From positions 41,693-105,692 of the IMG/VR virus record IMGVR_UViG_3300017716_002595: a DNA stretch of 64,000 bases. One strand, 5' to 3'. The notes beneath the pieces were generated by a model. It searched no databases. It saw only the letters and a program-made list of their open reading frames with translations, and was not told the origin of the DNA. Shown piece by piece: positions 1 to 10,812 of this stretch. Position 1 is the stretch's first letter; every line of letters starts with the position of its first letter. The position numbers and the translations under genes are program-made. The stretch is from a virus.

Positions 1-3000
1 GATATACTGTATTGTTTGAAATGGGATGGGATTATGCTAAAGCAAATGGTGTATTACCTCGATATAATATATTAACTCCTACAAAAATACCTTTAGTATT
101 AAATGATGCTTTTAAAGATATACATACCTTAATAGAAAAAAGTAAAGGAAGCTACAGTGCTTTATTAGGATATGTAAAAAATTATAGCTGGTCAGCTCGT
201 GATGATGGTGGATATGATTGTACTACATCTATTATATCTTTAGGAGAAGTATTAGAATCTTTAAAATGTAACTGGGTTCCTATTAATACTAAAGCATTTG
301 ATAGAAGCAATAGGGGTTTATTAGGACTAACGGCATCACCTGAAATACCAGAATCATACAAACAAGGCATAATCCCAGGATTGCTTCGTGAAATATACCA
401 GTATGTAAGACCAGGAAGTAATACAGGAGTTATAGGTATTAATTTTAAAGTACCTGATAATGATATATCTTATGATGTTTTTCGAAAAAAAGTAGGTAGT
501 GCTAAAAAGAATAATAGAGGAGGTTTAGCTAAAAATTTAAATAAAGGAGAAACAAGTTATGAGCATTATATAACCTTACAAAGTTTTTGTGATTTAATAA
601 ATAAACATGTTCTATTAAAAGATGGCTCTAAAGAAGATAATCCTTTAGTTCAAATTACTACTAACGAGCAAGCTCCTAATGGTACTTTAACTAATGTTCC
701 TCTTAAATGTATTGCTAGTCCTTTATCATTATCTACAAATTTAGGAGTATGTTATGTTGAAAACCCTAATTGGGAAAGTTTAGAGGTACAAACACCACAA
801 GTATCATCAACTGTTGAAACTACTATTGTTGGAGATATATCAACTGCTGTAAATGCTGAAACATTTGGGTGGGGTTTTGGAGATTATCCTAATAATGTAT
901 TTAAAAGATTTGCATCAAATATAACTAAAACAGAACTTGATTCTATAACAACTGGTTTTAATTTAATAGATGTAGCATCAGCACTTCTTAATAGAAAAAA
1001 ATTCTATACTTATAAATCTTCATTAGGACTTCAAGGAGATATAGATAAACTAGCATCTGATTTAGGAAACGCTTTAACTAAAGTAGAATATGTTCCTGTT
1101 AAAGATCAAGATGGAAATATTAGTTTACGTCCTAAATTTTTCTTTTTTAATGGGTCTTCTTTTATATCTACAACTTCTAATAATAGTAATATTGATGTTC
1201 TAGATTATTTTGGAACTGCTGAAGCTGTATATCTTCAACTTTTTCGTTATGATTATGATAAAAATGGAAAATTAAATACTAACGCTAATGAAGGAAGACC
1301 TGAAGATCCTTTTCTTGAAAGTAATTCTATTGTAAAAGATAATAAAGGAACAAGTTGGACTAAACAAGGTGTTGTTAGTGCTATTCAAAAAGCATTATCT
1401 AATATACCTATAAATCCTGTATTGAAAAAAAGTCTTGAAGACCAATTACCAGAAGTAGCTCAACAAATAGCAGAACAAGCAGAACAAGCTGGAAAAAGTG
1501 AAGCCTCTAAACAATTTTTAGTAGATGTAAAAGGAGTTAATGAAAAACAACTTGGAATTATAGGGAATATATATGTTAATTTAGAATATCTTTATGATAA
1601 AGCTATATCTAGAAATCTAGCAGCTAATGATAATCAAACTAAAAATGTTATTTCTTTAAGAGATTATTTACAAGAAATATTAAGAGATGTTCAAAATAGT
1701 ATTGGTAATTTAAATACATTTGATCTTCAAGTAGATGATAGAAATTCTATAGGAAGAATAATAGACATTAATTCTACTCAAGACCCTTTAAATGTAAAAG
1801 ATGAATTATTTACACTACAGATACACAACCTGAGCTCATGCGTAAGACAATATAATTTTCAATCAAAAATATTTCCAGAAATGGGATCAATTATAGCTAT
1901 TAGTGCTCAAGATCCTGCAGGTGTTGGTACGTTAGGGTATGATAATGCTACGTTAGTTGCTTGGAATCAAGGTATTTCTGATAGATTAATACCTAAAAAA
2001 TTAACTAGTAAAAATGATTTATTAGATCAACAAAATAAAGTAGTAACTTATATATTACCATTTTTAACTCAAATGTGGAAATATTTTAAAGTTATCTCAG
2101 ATGGATCTTCTGAAGATGATATCAATCTAGTATATGGTGGTTTAAATTTTGCTTTTAGAGATTTTTTAGCACACCTAGATAAAGAAAATGTAGGAAGTAA
2201 TAGATTTAAAACAATTATACCAACAGAACTAAGTGTTACTTTAGATGGTATCGGAGGTATAATTATAGGAAATTTATTTAAAATCAATGAAGATATTGTA
2301 CCTAAAGGATATAGAGGTGTAGCTGGTAGAAAATTAGCATATATTGTTACAAGATTAGGACATACTATAACGGATAATGATTGGACTACACAAATAAGTG
2401 CTTACCCAATAATATTTGAACCATCTATAGGAAGTGAAGTTTGGAAACAATGGAATAACGAACAATACCCCGGAGATGCTACTATAATTAGAGTAGGAGG
2501 GAGAGGAATTGGTGCTATTTATTCAAACCAAACTGAAGCTTATCTTGAAGCTGTTAAGAACGAACCAAATTTTGCAAATAAATTAAAATCAGTAGCACAA
2601 AACATAGGAGTTAGTGAATCTGATTTGCTAACAGTAATGTATAAAGAAACAGCAGGAACTTTAGATCCTTCAACTACTAATTCAATAGGATGTGTAGGTT
2701 TAATTCAATTTTGTCCTGATGTATCTAGAGGATCTATTAAAACTATTAGTGGTAAACAATATACTTTATCTAACTTAAGTCAAATGACAAGAGATCAACA
2801 ACTAGATGTTGTTGAATCTTATTACAAATCATTAGGATTTAGATCTGACAAACCTAGAACACTTACTGATCTTTATGTAGCAACATTCTATCCTGCTGCT
2901 ATAGGAAAACCTAGTACTTATATAGTAGGAAGTGATAATTCTATAAATTTCCAACATAAATTAGCAGAACAAAACCCAGGCATAGCTAAATATAGTAATG

Positions 3001-3062
3001 TATTTGTAAATGGAAAAAAAGTAATAAATTTAGACGCTGTTAGAGCATTTATACAATCATAA
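1..3062 (+). CDS. Virion tail/baseplate hub-like protein with C-terminal lytic transglycosylase (SLT-like) domain; 5'-truncated by window
   Basis: Frame is open from window start; C-terminal LLTVMYKET..LDP...GCVGLIQF resembles SLT motifs I/II. Confidence 0.6.
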   Translation, partial: YTVLFEMGWDYAKANGVLPRYNILTPTKIPLVLNDAFKDIHTLIEKSKGSYSALLGYVKNYSWSARDDGGYDCTTSIISLGEVLESLKCNWVPINTKAFDRSNRGLLGLTASPEIPESYKQGIIPGLLREIYQYVRPGSNTGVIGINFKVPDNDISYDVFRKKVGSAKKNNRGGLAKNLNKGETSYEHYITLQSFCDLINKHVLLKDGSKEDNPLVQITTNEQAPNGTLTNVPLKCIASPLSLSTNLGVCYVENPNWESLEVQTPQVSSTVETTIVGDISTAVNAETFGWGFGDYPNNVFKRFASNITKTELDSITTGFNLIDVASALLNRKKFYTYKSSLGLQGDIDKLASDLGNALTKVEYVPVKDQDGNISLRPKFFFFNGSSFISTTSNNSNIDVLDYFGTAEAVYLQLFRYDYDKNGKLNTNANEGRPEDPFLESNSIVKDNKGTSWTKQGVVSAIQKALSNIPINPVLKKSLEDQLPEVAQQIAEQAEQAGKSEASKQFLVDVKGVNEKQLGIIGNIYVNLEYLYDKAISRNLAANDNQTKNVISLRDYLQEILRDVQNSIGNLNTFDLQVDDRNSIGRIIDINSTQDPLNVKDELFTLQIHNLSSCVRQYNFQSKIFPEMGSIIAISAQDPAGVGTLGYDNATLVAWNQGISDRLIPKKLTSKNDLLDQQNKVVTYILPFLTQMWKYFKVISDGSSEDDINLVYGGLNFAFRDFLAHLDKENVGSNRFKTIIPTELSVTLDGIGGIIIGNLFKINEDIVPKGYRGVAGRKLAYIVTRLGHTITDNDWTTQISAYPIIFEPSIGSEVWKQWNNEQYPGDATIIRVGGRGIGAIYSNQTEAYLEAVKNEPNFANKLKSVAQNIGVSESDLLTVMYKETAGTLDPSTTNSIGCVGLIQFCPDVSRGSIKTISGKQYTLSNLSQMTRDQQLDVVESYYKSLGFRSDKPRTLTDLYVATFYPAAIGKPSTYIVGSDNSINFQHKLAEQNPGIAKYSNVFVNGKKVINLDAVRAFIQS

Positions 3063-3065
3063 AAT

Positions 3066-3563
3066 ATGAGACCAATACCAAAAAGCAAAATAGTAGAAAA
3101 TCAATATACTAATGGAACCGGTTTTGGGAAAAATATCTTATTACGTTTTCCTAATACTAAAAAACCATACATTGGATCATACTCAGTAATAAATGGTTCT
3201 AAGTACTATAGTGGGAAAGAATATATAGAAAGTTCACAACTTTTAGAACGATATACTCTACCCATAAACCCTAGTGCTGTAGCATCGGCTGGTTCCATTC
3301 CAACTCTAGCAGCTATTTCTGCTGCAGGGGTTATACTTTCCGGCAATAAAAATTCACCTTCAACTGCTTCCCCAGTTCGTTACTTTTATAAAGATTTAAC
3401 TTCATCTAATAATCTAATTAAACAAATTGATAAAAAGGCATACGACCAATTATCAGGTAAATTAAGTAATAATTATCAAGTAATATCATATAATAAAAAT
3501 ACTCAAACTTTAGAAGAGGTAAATAAACAAATGCCTGGATTAACTGCTTTCTTGGGTACCTAA
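3066..3563 (+). CDS. Hypothetical protein (probably structural)
   Basis: 165-aa ORF 3 nt after the previous stop. Confidence 0.6.
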   Translation: MRPIPKSKIVENQYTNGTGFGKNILLRFPNTKKPYIGSYSVINGSKYYSGKEYIESSQLLERYTLPINPSAVASAGSIPTLAAISAAGVILSGNKNSPSTASPVRYFYKDLTSSNNLIKQIDKKAYDQLSGKLSNNYQVISYNKNTQTLEEVNKQMPGLTAFLGT

Positions 3564-3582
3564 AATTTTATTCGTATATTTA
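3551..3582 (+). promoter_or_regulatory. Bacteroidota-type sigma70 promoter
   Basis: CTTGG-N19-TATATTTA; same spacing at 14 sites. Confidence 0.65.
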
Positions 3583-3602
3583 ACGAATAAATAAATAAGG
3601 TT

Positions 3603-4880
3603 ATGTTTTATATAATTGAAAAAGAAGATCAATTACCCCACTTACCGCACTTCGATAAATGTTTTATTCATGTTATAGCAAATAATGACAACTATCATCC
3701 TGCTATATCTGAAGTATCATTAATTTATGTTAAACCCTTTGATGATAAAGGATATATATTTTGTATAAATCATACAGAGTCATTAGGTTTAAAATGGCAA
3801 TCTCTTAAAAAATTCTTATCGGAAAAAGAATTATATGCCATAGATGCTAAACACACTAAATACTTCTTAGGAGGAAAAATAAATGATATAACATTTAACT
3901 ACATAGATAAACATGGAACCAAACCAGACTTATCATCTTGTACCCCTAACATAAATTCAGATTTCTATACACGATACGGAGAATTAAAAAATATAAATAC
4001 TTTAATTCCTATATCTAAACATTACGAATATTGTGAAAATTTATACGAATTACTACAGAATTATATGATTAAAAATACTGAATATTCACATAAATTAACT
4101 ACTGTATTCTTTAAAATAGAAAAAGAAGGCATAAGGTTAGATAAAGAATGCTTTATTAAGTATCATAAAGATCATAACACACCTCAATTTTCAATTAGTA
4201 AAGGAAGAGCTTATACTCAATACAATTTATATACATTAACCGGTCGTCCTTCTAATTCATTTAACAACATAAATTATGCTGCTTTAAATAAAGAAAATGG
4301 TGAAAGAACTTGTTATATTCCTAATAATGATATATATTTAGAGTTTGATTTTAATGGTTACCATCCACGATTATTAGGAACTTTAACTGGATATGAGTTT
4401 GATAAAGAAATAAATGTTTATGCTCAAATAGCAGAAATATTACAAACTGAAGACATATTAAAAGTTAAAGAAACAACATTTCAAAATTTATATGGTGGTA
4501 TTAGATACGAATTACAAAGTAAACCATTTTTTAAGAATGTACACATGTTCACTGATAGTTTATGGGACGAAATTCAATATGGTGGTTCAATAACAACACC
4601 ATCAGGAAAAACATTTCGTTTAAAAGATATTGATAATCCTAATCCTCAAAAAGTATTAAATTATCTTATACAAAATTTTGAAACATCACAAAATGTTGAA
4701 CAAATATTTGATTTATATAACGATTTTCGTTCATTAAAATCAAGAATTGTACTTTATACTTATGATGCTATATTAATAGATGCCGTGCAAGACGAAGTAA
4801 ATCAAATAAAAGAGATTATACATAAATTAAAATACCCAACCAAAGTAAAAATAGGAACTAACTATAACGAATTAACATAA
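3603..4880 (+). CDS. Divergent family A DNA polymerase-like protein
   Basis: TLTGRPS, motif A-like EFDFNGYHPR, motif B-like KETTFQNLYGG, motif C-like YTYDAILID. Confidence 0.75.
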   Translation: MFYIIEKEDQLPHLPHFDKCFIHVIANNDNYHPAISEVSLIYVKPFDDKGYIFCINHTESLGLKWQSLKKFLSEKELYAIDAKHTKYFLGGKINDITFNYIDKHGTKPDLSSCTPNINSDFYTRYGELKNINTLIPISKHYEYCENLYELLQNYMIKNTEYSHKLTTVFFKIEKEGIRLDKECFIKYHKDHNTPQFSISKGRAYTQYNLYTLTGRPSNSFNNINYAALNKENGERTCYIPNNDIYLEFDFNGYHPRLLGTLTGYEFDKEINVYAQIAEILQTEDILKVKETTFQNLYGGIRYELQSKPFFKNVHMFTDSLWDEIQYGGSITTPSGKTFRLKDIDNPNPQKVLNYLIQNFETSQNVEQIFDLYNDFRSLKSRIVLYTYDAILIDAVQDEVNQIKEIIHKLKYPTKVKIGTNYNELT

Positions 4881-4888
4881 GATACCTA

Positions 4889-5350
4889 ATGGTTATGACA
4901 GAAAGCCCGATATTTATCACCAGTTATGAATTTAATGACATCATTATAAATGACATGGTAGGAAATAAACTTTTTTGCACATTTGTTGCACCCTCTAAAT
5001 TAGACGAAACTCTAAATATACTTACAAATAAATATTCTATATTGTATGATAAAATATTTGTATTGGAATCAACCGATACAGATGAATTAATCTTAACATA
5101 TAACATAGACGTGGTAAATACTAGTTCTAAAAATGCTTTACCTAATACTATTTTACTTCACAGAAAAAAAGAATCTAACACATTATATACTATTAACGCC
5201 CTTAATGCTCTTATAAAAGAATTAAATGGAGGTGTATTAGATACTAATTATAAGGTTAAATGGGAAGACCATCGTAACGTTATATTACTTACCCAAGAAG
5301 GAGGACTAAGAAAAGTTCACACTAAAATTCACAATATTATTAAAGTATAA
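4889..5350 (+). CDS. Conserved phage hypothetical protein (true start may be ATG 4955)
   Basis: ORF between PolA-like gene and SSB; TATTTAT motif at 4911 lies upstream of the in-frame ATG 4955. Confidence 0.7.
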   Translation: MVMTESPIFITSYEFNDIIINDMVGNKLFCTFVAPSKLDETLNILTNKYSILYDKIFVLESTDTDELILTYNIDVVNTSSKNALPNTILLHRKKESNTLYTINALNALIKELNGGVLDTNYKVKWEDHRNVILLTQEGGLRKVHTKIHNIIKV

Positions 5351-5382
5351 TTTGGATATCCCAAATTTCTTTCTTACATTTA
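5351..5382 (+). promoter_or_regulatory. Bacteroidota-type sigma70 promoter
   Basis: TTTGG-N19-TACATTTA. Confidence 0.7.
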
Positions 5383-5417
5383 CCTAAAACAAGTTATAAA
5401 CAAATTTAAAAAACGTT

Positions 5418-6251
5418 ATGGATTTATCTTTAATCAAGCAGACGTTGGCCACCTTTAACAACAAAGGCCAGTCTAGAGAAAAAACAGATTACACAAAAAT
5501 TTTTTGGAAACCAAAAGTAGGAAAACATCAAGTTCGTATTGTTCCTTCTAAGTTTAACAAGTCTACACCGTTCCGTGAGATTTATTTTCACTACGGGTAC
5601 ACTAAAGGACCTATTTTAGCATTAACCAATTGGGGTGAAGCTGATCCTATTGCTGAAGCAGCACAAAAACTTCGCAAATCAGACAATCCAGATCATTGGC
5701 AAATGGCTAAAAAAATTACTCCTAAAATGAGAGTATTTGCACCCGTTATTGTTCGTGGTGAAGAAGACATGGGTGTTCGTTTATGGGAATTTGGTAAAGA
5801 AATTTACACTCAATTAATGAACATTGCAATGAATGAAGATTACGGTGATTACACTGACATTCAAGATGGTCGTGACTTTATTGTAGAAGGTACTGATGAT
5901 ACAGTAGCAGGTCGTAAAGTAGTAAAATGTATTCTTACACCAAGAGTAAAAACTACACCTATTACAGAAGATGCAGTAGCATTACGTTCATACTTAGATG
6001 AACAACCTGATATCTTTGCTATCAATAAAAAACACACTTACGAAAGCTTAAAAGAAATTTTTGAAAAGTGGGCTAATCCTGAAGAAGAAGAAGACAATAC
6101 TCCTATTGCTTCTACTACTGATGATGAAGATGAAACACCAAGTATGGGAGACTTACCTTGGGAAAAGAAAGAAGAAAAAGCATCTCCATACACACTACAA
6201 ACAAAACAACCAAAAGCTGACAAGTTCGAAGATTTATTTGATAAAGAATAA
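5418..6251 (+). CDS. Single-stranded DNA-binding protein (T4 gp32-like)
   Basis: FWKP..GKHQVRIVP, GVRLWEFGKEIY, D.TDIQDGRDF, acidic tail ending FEDLFDKE; next to recA. Confidence 0.8.
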   Translation: MDLSLIKQTLATFNNKGQSREKTDYTKIFWKPKVGKHQVRIVPSKFNKSTPFREIYFHYGYTKGPILALTNWGEADPIAEAAQKLRKSDNPDHWQMAKKITPKMRVFAPVIVRGEEDMGVRLWEFGKEIYTQLMNIAMNEDYGDYTDIQDGRDFIVEGTDDTVAGRKVVKCILTPRVKTTPITEDAVALRSYLDEQPDIFAINKKHTYESLKEIFEKWANPEEEEDNTPIASTTDDEDETPSMGDLPWEKKEEKASPYTLQTKQPKADKFEDLFDKE

Positions 6252-6253
6252 TT

Positions 6254-7354
6254 ATGGCCAAAAGAAACACTATAAATGATGCAGCATCTGTTGCCATCAG
6301 GTCATCTTCTAACAAAGGATTTGATTTAGATTCATTCAAAAAATCTAAAAATCTATCAGAATCATCAAAGTTTAAAAAACAAAGATGGATCCCATTCTCA
6401 CATGCAGTAGCCGAAGCACTCTCTATCCCGGGAGTGCCAATGGGACAAGTAACTATAGCTAGAGGAGGATCTGATACAGGAAAAACTACACTAATGATTG
6501 AAGCAGCAGTTTCTGCTCAACAACTTGGAGTGTTACCTGTGTTTATCATTACTGAGATGAAATGGGATTTTGCCCATGCTAAAAAGATGGGATTAGAAAT
6601 TGAAGCTGTATCTAATGCCGAAACCGGAGAAGATGTTGATTATAAAGGATTTTTCCTATATGTTGACCGTTCTTCATTAAACACTATTGAAGATGTATCT
6701 GCATTTATTGCTGATATACTTGATGAACAGAAAAAAGGTAAATTACCTTACGACTTATTATTTCTTTGGGATTCAGTTGGATCGATTCCATGTGATATGA
6801 GTGTTAAACAAGGAAATAATAATCCTATGTGGAATGCTGGTGCTATGGCTACTCAATTTGGTAACTTTATTAACCAACAATTCCCACTATCACGTAAAGA
6901 GAAATATCCTTACACAAATACATTCTTTGTAATTAATAAAACTGGAGTACAACCAGCATTAACACCAATGTCACAACCAAGAATGACAAATAAAGGTGGG
7001 AATGCAATGTATTGGGATGCTGCCATTGTAATTACATTTGGAAACGTTACAAATAGCGGTACTTCTAAAATTAACGTACAGCATAAAGGTAAAAAAGTTG
7101 AATTTGCTAAACGTACTAAAATAGCAATTGATAAAATTCATGCTGATTGCGGTATTGCTACAGCTTCAACTGTAATTGTAACACCACACGGATTTATTCC
7201 TGATACACCAGAAGCTGTAAAAGAGTATAAGAAAACGTATGCTCACGAATGGTTTGAAGAAATAACAGATGTAGACAGTTTACAAATTACTGAAGATGCT
7301 AGTGAGTGGAATGAAAGTCAAAATATATCACCAATGTTAGAAATTGAGGAATAA
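6254..7354 (+). CDS. recA: RecA/UvsX-like recombinase
   Basis: Walker A GGSDTGKT, Walker B FLWDSVG, KGGNAM motif. Confidence 0.8.
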   Translation: MAKRNTINDAASVAIRSSSNKGFDLDSFKKSKNLSESSKFKKQRWIPFSHAVAEALSIPGVPMGQVTIARGGSDTGKTTLMIEAAVSAQQLGVLPVFIITEMKWDFAHAKKMGLEIEAVSNAETGEDVDYKGFFLYVDRSSLNTIEDVSAFIADILDEQKKGKLPYDLLFLWDSVGSIPCDMSVKQGNNNPMWNAGAMATQFGNFINQQFPLSRKEKYPYTNTFFVINKTGVQPALTPMSQPRMTNKGGNAMYWDAAIVITFGNVTNSGTSKINVQHKGKKVEFAKRTKIAIDKIHADCGIATASTVIVTPHGFIPDTPEAVKEYKKTYAHEWFEEITDVDSLQITEDASEWNESQNISPMLEIEE

Positions 7355-8382
7355 TGTTTGACAAAAAATTTCTACTCCAGGTATTAGACTCAATAGTAGA
7401 AGATAAACCTACTAAAAATAGTCGTATTCTTATCATAGATTCTATGAATACGTTCATGAGAAATTTCTCATCAGTTAATACACTTAACCCAGCGGGCCAC
7501 CATATAGGTGGTCTCGTAGGTTATTTACGAAGTATCGGATATGCTATAAAATCATTTCGTCCTACTAGAGTAATATTAGTGTTTGATGGGCATGGAAGTA
7601 CAGTTAATAAGAAAAATCTATACCCTGGATATAAAGGTAATAGAAGTATATCTCGTATTACAAATTGGGATATATTTGATGATAAAGATGATGAAAGCGA
7701 AGCAATGAGCAATCAAATGACTCGCCTTATTCAATATTTAAAGCAACTACCAGTATCTTTAGTATCAATAGATAAAATTGAAGCTGATGATAGTATAGGT
7801 CTTATAGCAAACCATTATGCTGCTGATGAAGATTGTAAAACAGTAACGATAATGTCGGCTGATAAAGATTTTTATCAATTAATTAGCGATAAAATTCAAG
7901 TTTATTCACCAATTAAGAAAAAAGTATATAAAGTTAATGATGTTCTTGAAGAATTTAATGTACATCCTAATAACTTTTTAATTTACAAAGCACTATTAGG
8001 AGACAACTCTGACAATCTTCCAGGAGTTAGAGGATTAGGTCCTAAAAAAATAGTTAAGTTGTTTTCTTTAGAAAGTGCAGATGAATACAAATTAGAAGAT
8101 ATTTACAAGATAAGCGCAGATAACGCAAAGAAAAGTCCAATGTACGCAAGTATATTAGAAACGAAAAATCAATTAAATATCAACTATCAATTAATGAATA
8201 TACGCGAACCTAATATATCAGACGATAGCAAAGAAGATATAATTAATCTATTAAATGAAGAAATTACTTCATTAAATGTTGGTGGGTTTATGGTGTTATA
8301 CGAGTCAGATGGATTAGTAAATTCTATACCAAATACTCACGGATGGTTATCAGAAAATTTTGGCTCTCTCATATTAAGATAG
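7354..8382 (+). CDS. 5'-3' exonuclease / RNase H (FEN family)
   Basis: IIDSMN, VFDG, YPGYKGNR, EADD, SADKDFYQL, GDNSDNLPGVRGLGPK. Confidence 0.9.
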   Translation: MFDKKFLLQVLDSIVEDKPTKNSRILIIDSMNTFMRNFSSVNTLNPAGHHIGGLVGYLRSIGYAIKSFRPTRVILVFDGHGSTVNKKNLYPGYKGNRSISRITNWDIFDDKDDESEAMSNQMTRLIQYLKQLPVSLVSIDKIEADDSIGLIANHYAADEDCKTVTIMSADKDFYQLISDKIQVYSPIKKKVYKVNDVLEEFNVHPNNFLIYKALLGDNSDNLPGVRGLGPKKIVKLFSLESADEYKLEDIYKISADNAKKSPMYASILETKNQLNINYQLMNIREPNISDDSKEDIINLLNEEITSLNVGGFMVLYESDGLVNSIPNTHGWLSENFGSLILR

Positions 8383-8390
8383 TATATTTA
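8359..8390 (+). promoter_or_regulatory. Bacteroidota-type sigma70 promoter
   Basis: TTTGG-N19-TATATTTA. Confidence 0.65.
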
Positions 8391-8426
8391 CAAAAATAGG
8401 TTATTAACAATTAAATAGGTTATATA

Positions 8427-9785
8427 TTGACAACTTTATCAAAACTGTCCCAATACGGACCAGCATTTCAAATCAAAGTAATAGGCGCTCTATTAACAGA
8501 TAGAAATTTCTTAATTACTATATCCGATGCTTTAACTGAAGATTATTTTGAAAATACTTCACACCAATGGATTATTAAGGAAGTTTTAAGTTATTTTCAT
8601 AAATACCATACTGTGCCTTCAATGGAAGCACTAAAGGTAGAAATACAAAAAATTGAAAATGATGTATTACAAATAGCAGTTAAAGAACAATTAGTACAAG
8701 CATATCGAGATTCGGAACAGACAGATGCTCAATACATTAAAGATGAATTTTTAGGATTTTGCCGAAATCAGCAAATGAAAAAAGCTATTATTGCTTCTAC
8801 AAATTTATTAAGTATTAATGACTTTGATTCAATTAGACAATTAATTCTTAATGCACTTAAAGTAGGTGAAATAAGATCTATTGGTCATGAGTATGAAAAA
8901 GATGTTGAAACTAGATATCGTGATGATAATAGATCACCAATTCCATTCCCTTGGGATGTTATGAATAATATTACACAAGGTGGTTATGGTAAAGGTGAAT
9001 TAGTCATTATATTTGGTAATCCTGGTGGTGGTAAATCATGGGCTATTATTGATATGGCAACACATGCTGCTAAATTAGGATTTAATGTATTATATTATAC
9101 TCTTGAATTAAGTGAAACTTATGTAGCAAGACGTATGGATGCTAATTTATTACATATTCCTGTAGACAAAATTACAGCACATCGTGAAGAAATTGAGAAA
9201 ATGGCTCAAGAAATACCTGGTAAAATTAAAATTAAAGAATTTCCTGCAGGTAAAACTACATTAGACAATATTGAACAACATATTGAGCAATTAAGAATGC
9301 AATATGAATTTGTACCTGATGTTATTTTTATTGATTACATTGATTTACTTAAAAATTCATCACGAGATAGATTAGAAGGTACTGAAGATATTTACACCAG
9401 TATTCGAGGATTAGCAACAGAATTAGGTCTTCCAATTGTAACTCCATCACAAGCTAATAGAACAGGTGCTAAAAGTGATATTATTGAAGGAGATAATATA
9501 GCAGGTTCATATTCTAAATTAATGATTGGTGATATTGTTTTATCATTAGCTAGAAATAGAAAAGATAAATTAGAAGGTACAGGCCGTTGGCATGTTATGA
9601 AAAATAGATTAGGAGGAGATGGTATGACATTCGCATCAACCATCGATACTTCCATGGGTAAAATCGAGATATTCGAAGACTTCCTAGAAATCGATACCTC
9701 ATCCACAGACAAAAAGCCAGGCGATTATAACGCAGTAGATAGAGATGAAAAAGACTTTTTGAGAAATTTTATTCTTAATTCGTAA
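8427..9785 (+). CDS. Replicative DNA helicase (DnaB/gp41-like), TTG start
   Basis: GNPGGGKS, YTLELS, IFIDYIDLL, TPSQANR, KNRLG. Confidence 0.9.
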   Translation: MTTLSKLSQYGPAFQIKVIGALLTDRNFLITISDALTEDYFENTSHQWIIKEVLSYFHKYHTVPSMEALKVEIQKIENDVLQIAVKEQLVQAYRDSEQTDAQYIKDEFLGFCRNQQMKKAIIASTNLLSINDFDSIRQLILNALKVGEIRSIGHEYEKDVETRYRDDNRSPIPFPWDVMNNITQGGYGKGELVIIFGNPGGGKSWAIIDMATHAAKLGFNVLYYTLELSETYVARRMDANLLHIPVDKITAHREEIEKMAQEIPGKIKIKEFPAGKTTLDNIEQHIEQLRMQYEFVPDVIFIDYIDLLKNSSRDRLEGTEDIYTSIRGLATELGLPIVTPSQANRTGAKSDIIEGDNIAGSYSKLMIGDIVLSLARNRKDKLEGTGRWHVMKNRLGGDGMTFASTIDTSMGKIEIFEDFLEIDTSSTDKKPGDYNAVDRDEKDFLRNFILNS

Positions 9786-9828
9786 TGTTACCTATTTATA
9801 GACCCATCTTTAAAATTTAAAAAGAAAC

Positions 9829-10809
9829 ATGAGAGACATTACAAAAGAAAGAGTAGTTTACAAGCCATTCGAATACCCCGAAGCACATGATTATTGGTTA
9901 AAACAGCAACAAGCACATTGGTTACATACAGAAGTTCCTATGATGTCTGATGTAAATGATTGGAAGCAAAATTTATTAGAAACTGAAAAAAATATTATTG
10001 GTTCTATTTTAAAAGGTTTCGCACAAACAGAAACAGTAGTAAATGATTACTGGACAAATTTAGTAACATCTTGGTTTAGAAAACCAGAAATTATTAAAAT
10101 GGCTGTTACTTTTGGAGCATTTGAAACTATTCATGCTGAAGCTTATTCATTATTAAATGAAGAATTAGGACTAGATAATTTTTCTGAATTTTTAGAAGAT
10201 GAAGCTACAATGGCTAAGATTCAGGGATTAATGGATGTAAGAGATTCACACAATGGTGAAGTTGATTGGAGTAAAAGAGCAAAATCATTAGCTATATTTT
10301 CAGCATTCACTGAAGGAGTTAATTTATTTTCATCATTTGCAATTTTATTGTCTTTTAAATTAAGAAATTTATTAAAGGGAGTAGGACAGATTGTAGAATG
10401 GTCAATTAGAGATGAATCATTACATTCAGAAGCAGGATGTTGGTTATTTAGACAATTAATGTTAGAAAAACCAGAATTAAACACACCTGAACTAAAAAAA
10501 TCAATTGAAGAAGCAGCTTTATTATCTTTAAAATTAGAATTAGACTTTATTGATAAAGTTTATGAAATGGGAGATTTAGATGGTTGTTCAAAATATGATT
10601 TAGTTAGCTTTATTAAATATAGAGTTAACACTAAAATGCAAGATTTAGGTTACGAGTCTATAGTAAATGGAATTGATGATGCTTCAATAAAAAGAATGAA
10701 ATGGTTTGATAGTTTATCAGCTGGTAAACAACATACAGATTTCTTCGCATCAAGAGTAACAAATTATTCAAAAGGAGTTCAAAACTGGGACGCAAACGAT
10801 TTATTTTAA
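9829..10809 (+). CDS. nrdB: Ribonucleotide reductase class I beta subunit
   Basis: YKPFEYP, W.HTEV, ETIHAEAY, EGVNLFSSF, RDESLH, DFF..RVTNY. Confidence 0.95.
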   Translation: MRDITKERVVYKPFEYPEAHDYWLKQQQAHWLHTEVPMMSDVNDWKQNLLETEKNIIGSILKGFAQTETVVNDYWTNLVTSWFRKPEIIKMAVTFGAFETIHAEAYSLLNEELGLDNFSEFLEDEATMAKIQGLMDVRDSHNGEVDWSKRAKSLAIFSAFTEGVNLFSSFAILLSFKLRNLLKGVGQIVEWSIRDESLHSEAGCWLFRQLMLEKPELNTPELKKSIEEAALLSLKLELDFIDKVYEMGDLDGCSKYDLVSFIKYRVNTKMQDLGYESIVNGIDDASIKRMKWFDSLSAGKQHTDFFASRVTNYSKGVQNWDANDLF

Positions 10810-10812
10810 TAT

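Noticed and set aside
9620-9730. Local shift to C-ending codons and several TCGA sites at the helicase 3' end
   Set aside because: No stable structure or credible overlapping gene could be identified by eye.
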